Made by a program: the position numbers and the translations under genes. From the sequence record PV112478.1: 64,000 bases of DNA; one strand, written 5' to 3'. The notes under the pieces are model-generated. The model was given only the letters and a program-made list of their open reading frames with translations, was not told the origin of the DNA and ran no database searches. This document shows, piece by piece, positions 17,643 through 26,019 of this stretch; position 1 is the stretch's first letter; each line of letters begins with the position of its first letter.

Positions 17643-18500
17643 TTATTTTCCTGACGCTGTACCCTGAACGCGCGCAGAGTTCTTCAGAAGAATTGTAGAG
17701 GCATCTTCAAGGAACTGGTCGCTGTCGCCTGAGGTATTCGCTACCACCAGGGTTTTCGTGCAAGGGACTTTTACGGTCGAATTGAAAAGGATACCCGAGT
17801 CGGTTGTTGCTTTTTCGATCGTGTACACCGCTTTACCGTTCGGCAGTTTTGCATCAGCATTCCAGGAGTTGAAATCAATGATCTCGAGCCCCGAATCTTT
17901 TTGCATGACTGCGTCCAGGAATTTATTATTCCGGTCAGGTGCAGAAACCCAAAGGAACGCGTCGTATTCGCCAGTATTCACTTTAGCCAGGGAACGGATA
18001 CCGCCTTTGGCATACGTTTCAACTTTCGCGTAGTTTTTCTCCAACGTCTGGAGATACTGCCACGAAGCGTAAGATCCAGAGGTAGGTTCACCTACAGCGA
18101 TTTTAGTGCCTTCTTTTAGATCACCTTTACCGGTGACCTTACCGTCTTTCTTGACGGCGACAAAGACGCACTCACTGGCCAGTTCGCCAATGATATCAAC
18201 GTTCTGTGCTTCGTTGGCATGACGCGAACGCCAGAACTGATAAGCATCAGCTTGGGTAAACCCGATAGTGGCTTCTCCAGAGGCTACACGATCAAGGTTA
18301 TCGAGCGAGCCTTTAGAAGGGACAACCGAAGTCTGGTAACCGTACTCGCTTAGAGCACTAGCTAAGTTTACGCCATAAACGGCGTTATAAGTTAAACCTT
18401 GTTGACCGGTGGTAATAACAATTTTGCCATCGGCCGCGGATACGCCAGCACTCATGCAAAGTAACGCTACCGAAAACACGGCAAAAGCAAGTTTCTTCAT
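17643..18500 (-). CDS. TAXI-family TRAP-type periplasmic solute-binding protein
   Basis: Signal peptide MKKLAFAVF...; ITTGQQGLTY and SKGSLDNL...GEATIGFTQAD motifs. ATG 18500 with AAGGGA RBS is preferred over 18602. Confidence 0.75.
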   Translation of the reverse strand: MKKLAFAVFSVALLCMSAGVSAADGKIVITTGQQGLTYNAVYGVNLASALSEYGYQTSVVPSKGSLDNLDRVASGEATIGFTQADAYQFWRSRHANEAQNVDIIGELASECVFVAVKKDGKVTGKGDLKEGTKIAVGEPTSGSYASWQYLQTLEKNYAKVETYAKGGIRSLAKVNTGEYDAFLWVSAPDRNNKFLDAVMQKDSGLEIIDFNSWNADAKLPNGKAVYTIEKATTDSGILFNSTVKVPCTKTLVVANTSGDSDQFLEDASTILLKNSARVQGTASGK

Positions 18501-19035
18501 TTGCATTCCCTTTAAGGAAAGTATGGGTGTCAAGCGGCATAACCGCCACAGTGAATTTGAGAGGCTGACAAGTTGGCCCAACATGTGCATTAATCGTGTC
18601 ACGGAATAAAGAGGCGCCTTTGTTTCGTGCTACCTGTAAGGGTTTAAGATTAAGTTAGTTGCAAGTCAGCCCCTCAAAAGGGGCGATGACATCTACAAAC
18701 TTTCAGCTTTCCTATCTTTGGATTCCGGGCCACAGTAGGAGTAAGTTGAATTATGCCGATTTAAGGTCAGCCTTATCTGTAGATATCATCTATTGTAAAA
18801 AGACAGGCGCCTGAATTAGCTAGGCGCCTGCGTCGGTGAAGAAGTGTCGTCGTCTCTCCATTCATGGAAAGAACCTTGAAAAGGAATCACCTGTTTATCT
18901 TACCAGCCAGCCCGCATTGAGATAAAAGTGTTGTTGTGATTCCCTTGGCGTTCATTCGCAACGACAGGGGGTTTACTACCGTGAAAAGGAACCTGAAGGT
19001 TGGGTTCATAAATGACTGAGCAGAGTATTTTTTGA

Positions 19036-19191
19036 TCAATTCGAGTCTTCAGGTAAAGGAGTTTGCTGGAAATCATCCGATCCGCAATTCTTACAGAGTA
19101 GCGGTTTATCTTGCAGTTTAAATTCTTTTAACTGCTTATCCGTTGGAGAGGTCAAGCAATTTTTGCATTCGTATTCGTGATGCTTTTTCAT
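19036..19191 (-). CDS. 51-aa Zn-ribbon protein (FmdB-like, below cutoff)
   Basis: MKKHHEYECKNC...PLLCKNCGSDDF; AGGT RBS. Confidence 0.65.
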   Translation of the reverse strand: MKKHHEYECKNCLTSPTDKQLKEFKLQDKPLLCKNCGSDDFQQTPLPEDSN

Positions 19192-19213
19192 AACCTGTCC
19201 CTCCTGAAGGGAA

Positions 19214-20101
19214 TTAAATAAAATTCCACTCTGCCCATTCTGGTCTTTTAGAATAGCAACGGGCGTAAACTTCTCTTGGTTGAATAGATTCCCCCTGAGA
19301 GCATTTGAAAGCGTTTTGGTACTCTTTCTTACCTACTTTCACTCTTCGCTTGTAATCAGGGTTATTCGGATTTTTACTTTTTGGCTTCTGACGAGACTCG
19401 GCGAATTTATCACGCCAAACCGGTTTGGTTTTTCTTTCCTGTCCGTAGTCGTCGCTCTGATCTTCAGTAACCGTAGGGTAACCTTGACGAGTGTCTTTCC
19501 ACCACATAGAGAAACCTTTTGAAACTGCCCAGCATTTCTCATGGTCATTCACTAACAAGAATCGTGACGCCAGTAAATTGATAGGGGTAGCATCAAAAGC
19601 GTTCTGAAGGACTTTGCTACTGTGGATACCCAGGCGAAGAAATTCTTCTGTTTGTACTACTGCGTGCCTTGGCATTCGACTGACTTCACTATAATACACC
19701 GCGGAGTCTTTCGGATGATAAACTACAACGCCCTCTATCGTCTTATCATTAACGTCGGGAATCTTCAATCCGTTAATAATAGTCCAATCCGGGAAATGTT
19801 TAGGGTCACGATTTGCAAAGTGTAACCAAACCGTGTCGTCTTTCCATTCTGCTTTTTGTAACCCGTAACCCATCCGAACCTTAAAGAATTCCTCTTCGTG
19901 CTCTTTGAGAAAGCGTTCGTAGAGATCTTTGAAGATAGGGATCAATTCTACCGGTTTACGTGAAACAAATTGTTGCACCGACCATTCCAATAGGCAATGG
20001 GAGAGAATCATCCAATCGCTATTCTCATTAGCCAGTGTAGTCATTGATTTACGGAGCCTATGGCTCAACGTCAAAATAATGACAACGGTTGAGTTATCCA
20101 T
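19214..20101 (-). CDS. Hypothetical protein (start may be 20044)
   Basis: 295-aa ORF with GAGG upstream. Confidence 0.65.
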   Translation of the reverse strand: MDNSTVVIILTLSHRLRKSMTTLANENSDWMILSHCLLEWSVQQFVSRKPVELIPIFKDLYERFLKEHEEEFFKVRMGYGLQKAEWKDDTVWLHFANRDPKHFPDWTIINGLKIPDVNDKTIEGVVVYHPKDSAVYYSEVSRMPRHAVVQTEEFLRLGIHSSKVLQNAFDATPINLLASRFLLVNDHEKCWAVSKGFSMWWKDTRQGYPTVTEDQSDDYGQERKTKPVWRDKFAESRQKPKSKNPNNPDYKRRVKVGKKEYQNAFKCSQGESIQPREVYARCYSKRPEWAEWNFI

Positions 20102-20160
20102 AAATTCCTCAATTAAAAAGTGTCTTCTACATTAAAACAGTTTACCGTAAAAAAGCATAG

Positions 20161-20188
20161 GAGAGAGGAGGGAATTCCCTCCTCTCTC
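20161..20188 (-). terminator. Perfect 28-bp palindrome terminator ending the ncRNA unit
   Basis: GAGAGAGGAGGGAA-TTCCCTCCTCTCTC. Confidence 0.65.
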
Positions 20189-20309
20189 GAATAATTTATT
20201 TATCAAAAAGTGATCTCTTTGAAAAAGAAACTTTTGTGGTAAGAAGGGCGGAGGTAAGGATATAACCATCCCCAACACCGCCCATAGCCATTCAGCTATA
20301 AACAGAATT

Positions 20310-20485
20310 TAGCGCGACCTATCTAAGAATAAGATTGGAAGTTTTATTTTATAATCTAGTGCTCTACCGGCTGAGCTATCTGCCTCCAAGAAACACTCTA
20401 TGAATGTGTCCAGGTAGGCAGAGCGGAATTCGAATCCGCGACCTCTAGAATTCTTTCCGTAAAAGAAAGAAAGTTCAGTCCGCTA
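20310..20485 (-). ncRNA. Circularly permuted tRNA mimic B (YrlA/Y-RNA-like)
   Basis: Core 20355-20449 in the order T arm (GCGGA-TTCGAAT-TCCGC), closed acceptor (TCTGCCT/AGGCAGA), D arm (GCTC/GAGC), closed by TCTAG/CTAGA. Possible outer bulged helix TAGCGGAC/GTCGCGCTA. Confidence 0.7.
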
Positions 20486-20565
20486 TTTTACTGTCTACTC
20501 TTTATCTTTAAGCGTGTGAGGCGATAAGATAAAGTTAACACTAACCATCCGAGTAGCATTATGGG

Positions 20566-20659
20566 TGCATTGATGACTGCGTCTACCAATTCCGCCATTC
20601 TCCCATAGTTTGGTGGGAGAAGAAAGAGTCGAACTTCCAGTGGGGTCATCACACCTGCA
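20566..20659 (-). ncRNA. Circularly permuted tRNA mimic A (YrlA/Y-RNA-like)
   Basis: GATGAC...GGAAG-TTCGACT-CTTTC-TTCTCCCA-CCAAACTA-TGGGAGAA-TG-GCG-GAATTGGTAGA-CGC-A-GTCATC. Confidence 0.7.
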
Positions 20660-20740
20660 ACACGGACTAACAATAAAGATAAGGTTGGCCTCAATCTTTA
20701 TTATCAATGGGCACTCGTGAGAATACCCATTACTAACACA

Positions 20741-21508
20741 TTAAGCAGTGAAGTTTTTCAGAATCACGTTGGTCAGTACTTCGCCGATAGAGCCCTGAAC
20801 AACTTCGGTGCAGTTTGCACGCATACGTGCATTAGTGACTTCAACGATCAGTTCGTCGATATCACGCAGTGCGTTGGCTTTCTGCATCGGGGTGCAGGCG
20901 CCGGAATAGCTTTTACGGGTGAAGCTACCGATTACGACGGTGCTTTCCGATTCTTTCACCTGTGCAGGGTGGTGGTCGGTAGCCGGCGCCAGGATAACCG
21001 GAGTGAGCACTTTCTCGGTTTTCGTCGTGACTTCGTCCGTCACGGTACGGAATCCGTAGGTGCTGTTGCTATCGCGTTCCCATTGTTTGGACGAATCCAG
21101 AGTAGGGGCAGCGGCGATCAGTTTGCGAAGTTCCGCCAGGCGTTTTTCCAGGCCCAGGAGTTCATCTACCGGCACTCCAGAAACGAGGACTTCGCCTTTG
21201 AACATGATGTCTGCTTTTGCTACCTGGTTAGTCAGGGCTTTTTGCAGGCGAAGGTCTTCTGCCGTGGCGAAATATTCGAAGAGGTACTGCAGCGTTTCGG
21301 CTACAGTGGTGATCACTGCCTTGCTGGTACTTTCGCTTTTTTCGATCGCGGCGTTGGCGTCGTTGTCTTCGTGCAGTTTCAGGGTTTTATCAAACCCGCT
21401 GAAATATTCAGCCGATTTATTGAATTTTTTACTGGCGTCTTCGATCAGGACTTGCACTTGTTTGGTGCGAGTGGGTTCTGCTGCCAATACTTCGTGTAAC
21501 TTAGCCAT
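20741..21508 (-). CDS. Conserved 255-aa helical protein upstream of the permuted tRNA mimics
   Basis: AAGGA RBS, strongly optimised codons, coiled-coil-like pattern; function unassigned. Confidence 0.8.
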   Translation of the reverse strand: MAKLHEVLAAEPTRTKQVQVLIEDASKKFNKSAEYFSGFDKTLKLHEDNDANAAIEKSESTSKAVITTVAETLQYLFEYFATAEDLRLQKALTNQVAKADIMFKGEVLVSGVPVDELLGLEKRLAELRKLIAAAPTLDSSKQWERDSNSTYGFRTVTDEVTTKTEKVLTPVILAPATDHHPAQVKESESTVVIGSFTRKSYSGACTPMQKANALRDIDELIVEVTNARMRANCTEVVQGSIGEVLTNVILKNFTA

Positions 21509-21580
21509 TTGATTTCCTTACGATAAGAGTGAAAATAAAGTTTGTTCATAAACTAGTTAACGACGTAAAATAAAAAAAAA

Positions 21581-21598
21581 GAAAGGGCGTACCCTTTC
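21581..21598 (-). terminator. Terminator hairpin
   Basis: GAAAGGG-CGTA-CCCTTTC flanked by A and T runs. Confidence 0.6.
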
Positions 21599-21609
21599 TT
21601 TTTGGCAGA

Positions 21610-22188
21610 TTAATCTACCATAGCCAACCGTAAAACCACCCCGCTGTAATGACCGCCTAAATCCATACGGCTGGCCAAAATCCACTGGAAGCCAAAAGCT
21701 CTCGCAATGTAGCGAAACCCTGCGACATTAACAGCCGGTTCGTACCGATCACCGTCAACATCATCCGGCAGATTACGTTGGTGAACTTGTGCCATTAAAG
21801 AATCGAAATCCGGGAGTAGCTTATAAGCGTACTCGACTAAAATATCTTTCATCCAGGCGACGTACACTTCGCAGTCAAAACTTTCCATTACCGGAGTAAT
21901 AGATAACCGCGTAATATTGCGCTCTTTATCTTCCAGCGTATATGCCTTGATTTGACGCACTCCGGCGGCATAAAGTTCGTCGAGTGTTTCGTTGAGTTCG
22001 TAATTAAAAGGGAGATCAAACCCAAGGATGTTTTTAGCGTCATTCTCTACGTCCAGGTCAACGATGTTCGTTCCAGGGGGCGAGATATGGGTAACCGTGA
22101 TAAGAATGTGTTTGGCAGTGGAAGCAGAAACTTTTCCGGCCAAGTTAAACGCAGCAACAAATTTTCCTAATGAAATTAATTCTGACAT
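21610..22188 (-). CDS. Hypothetical protein
   Basis: 192-aa ORF, GGAG RBS. Confidence 0.7.
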   Translation of the reverse strand: MSELISLGKFVAAFNLAGKVSASTAKHILITVTHISPPGTNIVDLDVENDAKNILGFDLPFNYELNETLDELYAAGVRQIKAYTLEDKERNITRLSITPVMESFDCEVYVAWMKDILVEYAYKLLPDFDSLMAQVHQRNLPDDVDGDRYEPAVNVAGFRYIARAFGFQWILASRMDLGGHYSGVVLRLAMVD

Positions 22189-22245
22189 GTTATTCTCCTA
22201 AAACAAAATAAGGGTAGGTAGGGGTCGAAGCCCCTACCCAGTAAA

Positions 22246-22698
22246 TTATTCGGCCATCAGTACGTTTTTGCAGGAGAACAAATATTCCTGCTGATCAAAA
22301 TGATCCCAGTCAACTTCGACATAGATTTTGATCGCGTTGGTACGGGCTCCAACTTTGCCCTTCATGGCGATGTGAACACGCACTGTACCTAACCCGCATT
22401 TACAAACACGGTCAATTGTTTTTGCGACATCCAGCGCGCGAGCACCTTGACCAAAAAGAGAAACAAACTCTTTTGCATCAAAACGATCACCATGGGAATG
22501 AATGCGATTAGACAAAAGGATACGAGCATTGGCCGCGAAAGCTAACTGTTCGGCTTCTTCCAGGGTCTCAACGAATTTCACTTCGGGGAGATAACCTGTA
22601 CTTTCGGCTAAGCCTTTGGTTTTCAGAATGACGCGTTGAATCTTGATCTTTTGTTCTTCGGTAATCATGTACGTACGAATCCTAATTGAGAGTTGCAC
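22246..22698 (-). CDS. Hypothetical protein (start probably at MITEEQ)
   Basis: ORF; AGGA upstream of the internal ATG. Confidence 0.6.
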   Translation of the reverse strand: MQLSIRIRTYMITEEQKIKIQRVILKTKGLAESTGYLPEVKFVETLEEAEQLAFAANARILLSNRIHSHGDRFDAKEFVSLFGQGARALDVAKTIDRVCKCGLGTVRVHIAMKGKVGARTNAIKIYVEVDWDHFDQQEYLFSCKNVLMAE

Positions 22699-22726
22699 AA
22701 AGAATAATCACAACGTTAAACTTTGA

Positions 22727-23014
22727 TTAACGAAGCGCAGCATTAAAACGCTGTTTAAATAACTTCTGGAAACCCGTTTTCACCATCGGATTAAACCCGG
22801 TTTCGGTACGGTGACGGAATTCAATCGTCGACCCGTTAACGATCAACAGGAGTTTTTGATAGGGTTCCAGGCCGTCTTCTACCGAGAATGACATCGCATC
22901 AACGTTAATAAGATCAATCGCGTGGAACGCGTTATCGGTTTCAATCGTGACGACATTCCCTTTTTCGCTGACCTGGGAATCTACTTTGAAGAGATGTTTG
23001 GTATAAACAATCAT
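22727..23014 (-). CDS. Hypothetical protein
   Basis: 95-aa ORF, GGAGGT RBS. Confidence 0.7.
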   Translation of the reverse strand: MIVYTKHLFKVDSQVSEKGNVVTIETDNAFHAIDLINVDAMSFSVEDGLEPYQKLLLIVNGSTIEFRHRTETGFNPMVKTGFQKLFKQRFNAALR

Positions 23015-23026
23015 TTTACCTCCAAA

Positions 23027-24196
23027 TTAAATAAAACTTGTTTTGATCATACTTTCAGTTTCGATGAAGGTCTCCCAGTTTAATGCTTCCGCCAACGTGA
23101 TTTTCTCACGACCAGCGAAATCTACCGGTTCGAGATCAACCGCGCTCCGCGCCTTCGCAGCTTCAGTTTCATTTAACGTTCTGAATGACAGGGCTTTAAA
23201 CAAACGGCCGGGGCGAATAATTGCATTATCGACTGACTTGAGGTTAAGTAAGTTAGTTGAGATAATGAATTTGACGTTACCGGAAGTGATCCCCTCTGCG
23301 GCGTTTAATAAACCGGACATTAAGCTATTACCGTTTTCGCGACGCTCCAACATAACTAGCTGGTCTTCGGTGACGAGCCAAGTACCGTCATCCAAATCAT
23401 GGATATACGGAACAATAGATGGCGAATTGAGTACGTCCGCAGTATCCGCTACAACGACGTTATCATTTTTTTGTTCATTTTTCCACCGTATCATTTCACG
23501 AATGAACTGGCTCTTACCTAACCCTGGTGCACCGTAAAGGACTAAAACATTGTTGTTTGAATTATCAAACGCTTCCGCCAATTCCGCAGGGGATAATGAG
23601 AAATAAGGCCAGAATCCCTTAAAGTCTTTTATCTCATTTTTATCTTGCAGTCGTTTGTTCCGCGCAACGACATTACCGCCAGCATTCAGCGACAAACGAG
23701 AAACCGTTTCCGGTAAGCGGGCCGTGAAGAACGTACTGATGATTTCCCCAAACCCTTGGCAGAGATCATCAGGCCCGTAACAGAATACAAAGTTTTCTGA
23801 GACACCAGACCCAAAATAGAGCATCCCTACAATCTCTCCTCGTAGGTTAGCGAGAAGGAATGCCCCAGGAATAATTTCGGTGTAAACAAAAGTGTCGAAT
23901 TTCGAGAGGTAATTACGTAACTGATTGGAAAGCAGTTCCTCAACACTTTTCCCTAAGTCGCGTGCATTCCCTGTTAACCAAAACCCTTTCCTTGAGAAAC
24001 CCATAGGGCGATTATTGACCCCCAAGAAAATTTTGATCGCCTTTTTAACAGGGTCGCCGTTACTTCGACCTTCAACATTTATCCGGCAGTAAATATCGAA
24101 AAATTCCATCATTTCTTCTTTGAGCTTACCTGAATCGGCGCGTGCATTTGACGTAAAATCTTTAGTCAAAACATTGTTTTTACTTTCATTAGCCAT
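23027..24196 (-). CDS. AAA+ ATPase, paralog 2
   Basis: Walker A YGAPGLGKS, Walker B WLVTED, sensor-1 IISTN and Arg finger RPGR. Confidence 0.9.
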   Translation of the reverse strand: MANESKNNVLTKDFTSNARADSGKLKEEMMEFFDIYCRINVEGRSNGDPVKKAIKIFLGVNNRPMGFSRKGFWLTGNARDLGKSVEELLSNQLRNYLSKFDTFVYTEIIPGAFLLANLRGEIVGMLYFGSGVSENFVFCYGPDDLCQGFGEIISTFFTARLPETVSRLSLNAGGNVVARNKRLQDKNEIKDFKGFWPYFSLSPAELAEAFDNSNNNVLVLYGAPGLGKSQFIREMIRWKNEQKNDNVVVADTADVLNSPSIVPYIHDLDDGTWLVTEDQLVMLERRENGNSLMSGLLNAAEGITSGNVKFIISTNLLNLKSVDNAIIRPGRLFKALSFRTLNETEAAKARSAVDLEPVDFAGREKITLAEALNWETFIETESMIKTSFI

Positions 24197-24300
24197 TTAG
24201 ATTTCCTTATTAAACAAAGTTAGTTATTGACAAGTACAACCACCAGAGAAAATACTCCCGTAGCACTTTTCGCAGATGACATCTTCAATGGTCAGTATAA

Positions 24301-24645
24301 TCATTTCTTTTTCCTACTTGGGGGTCTCATCCCGGTTTCCAAAATACTGAGTTGTACTTCCATCTCAGCGAGCGCTTTGTCAACCGACGCTAATTCCTTC
24401 ACAAGCGTTTTATCCGACCCTGCACTCACTGCAGCAGTGTGGCGGTCAAATTCAATCACTTTCTCAACGTCTCCTACGGGGCATTCTAAAACATGGGCTA
24501 TTTCTTCATCAGAAAGCCCACGTGCCCTTAAGACTGTAGGAGAGAGCTCTGCACTGAATTCAGGAAATAACCGCTCACGTTCGATCTGGCGACCTAAACG
24601 ATACGTTTGGCGATCGAGACTATTAAACTTCGTTTTGCGTGCCAT
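24301..24645 (-). CDS. Small HTH protein, sigma-region-4-like
   Basis: RGLSDEEIAHVLECPVGDV. ATG 24645 with AAGGAG RBS is preferred; the longer start spans a promoter motif. Confidence 0.65.
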   Translation of the reverse strand: MARKTKFNSLDRQTYRLGRQIERERLFPEFSAELSPTVLRARGLSDEEIAHVLECPVGDVEKVIEFDRHTAAVSAGSDKTLVKELASVDKALAEMEVQLSILETGMRPPSRKKK

Positions 24646-24676
24646 GTCATTTGGACTCCTTAGGGTATCTACGTAA

Positions 24677-24686
24677 GTGATATATA
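24677..24686 (-). promoter_or_regulatory. Putative early promoter core (TATATATCAC)
   Basis: Same motif family; directly after the palindromic terminator at 24700-24719. Confidence 0.45.
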
Positions 24687-24724
24687 CGTAAATAGACATG
24701 GGGCGGGAATTCCCGCCCCTACGG

Positions 24725-25993
24725 TTAACGGCCGATAAAGCCGCCCTGTTTGATCTCGCTTTGCAGCGCCTGATACGCTTCCCAGTTTAATGCTTCCGCT
24801 AAGCTGAGTTTGGACACGTTACCGAAATCAATCGGAGGATGTCCTATCGCAGCGCGAGCGGCATTGGCTTGATCGGCTGTTAACGCTTTGAACGGGATGA
24901 CGCGTAAAGTACGACCTGGGCGATACAGGGCATGATCAACGTCTTTTAACGACGTGATGTTAGTTGAGATAATGAATTTGACGTTACCGGAAGTGATCCC
25001 TTCGGCAGCATTCAGTATCCCAGCCATCAGACTGTTACCCATATCACGTGCTTCGATCATTTCATGGGCGTCTTCAGTCACTAACCAGCTGTTACTTGGC
25101 ATGTCGTGAACGTAAGGTGTAAACCGCGGGGATTTAAATACCGGGTTATCGTCGCAAACAAATACGGTACCGTAAGAGTTCTCGTCTTTCCACTTGATCA
25201 TCTCGGCGATATATTGGCTCTTACCTAACCCTGGCTCGCCGTACAGAATCAGTACGTTCGAGTCACTGGCTTCAAACTCGGCTGCCATCTCACGAGGTGA
25301 TTTGGGTGCGAAGGGCCAAAAGGCTTTTGGATCGGTAACTGTGCGCCGTTGTTTCAGTGTTTTATACTGACTTTGAACATCATTGTTACCTGTTAAACAG
25401 AGCCGACGAATAGTAATATTCTTCTCTTTATTTTGGAAGCTGTTGAAAATATCTTTGAGGATTTTCCCGATCGAAAAGTCACCAACGTAATAAAATTGTT
25501 GTTGGCTACCATTATCTTCCATCTGGCAAGCACCTACAATTTTATCATCACGAAAGATAAAGAAGCTCCTGTGGCTAAATGGTTCAGTATAGATTCCGTA
25601 CTGATTCATTTTGTCCAAGAAAAGTTTCAGTACTTCCATTTCAAATTGAAAGACTGCGTCACCAAAAGGACGTTCGTAGTTAATGAACGTATAAATACGT
25701 ACCGCTTCCCTTTCAAGTAGTTGAAAGAAACGCATTAGTAATACCTGATTATTTAAGTTTTCGCTAATACGTTCTACAGTGGGGTAAAGTCCTTTAAAAA
25801 TCAGGCGGTGGAATTCTTTAATTTCTTCGTACTTTTTAGCGCGAGATGCTTCATTAAGCGGTGGGTAATTCAATAATAGCTCATGAAAAATCGCAGTACG
25901 AGAAGATAATTCAGCATTAGTTTCTTCTTCGACTGCTTCTTCCCAAGGTGCTAGAAGTTCTACTGATTCTTCGCGAAAAGCATGTAAGGACAT
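24725..25993 (-). CDS. AAA+ ATPase, paralog 1
   Basis: YGEPGLGKS, WLVTED, IISTN and RPGR. Confidence 0.9.
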   Translation of the reverse strand: MSLHAFREESVELLAPWEEAVEEETNAELSSRTAIFHELLLNYPPLNEASRAKKYEEIKEFHRLIFKGLYPTVERISENLNNQVLLMRFFQLLEREAVRIYTFINYERPFGDAVFQFEMEVLKLFLDKMNQYGIYTEPFSHRSFFIFRDDKIVGACQMEDNGSQQQFYYVGDFSIGKILKDIFNSFQNKEKNITIRRLCLTGNNDVQSQYKTLKQRRTVTDPKAFWPFAPKSPREMAAEFEASDSNVLILYGEPGLGKSQYIAEMIKWKDENSYGTVFVCDDNPVFKSPRFTPYVHDMPSNSWLVTEDAHEMIEARDMGNSLMAGILNAAEGITSGNVKFIISTNITSLKDVDHALYRPGRTLRVIPFKALTADQANAARAAIGHPPIDFGNVSKLSLAEALNWEAYQALQSEIKQGGFIGR

Positions 25994-26019
25994 TGACTGT
26001 CTCCTTGAACAAAATGGAT

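Noticed and set aside
18501-18602. Extended N-terminus of the TAXI protein
   Set aside because: The signal peptide and RBS point to ATG 18500.
20488-20707. 68-70-aa minus-strand ORFs over the permuted tRNA mimics
   Set aside because: No convincing RBS or protein-like composition; the sequence is explained by paired RNA arms.
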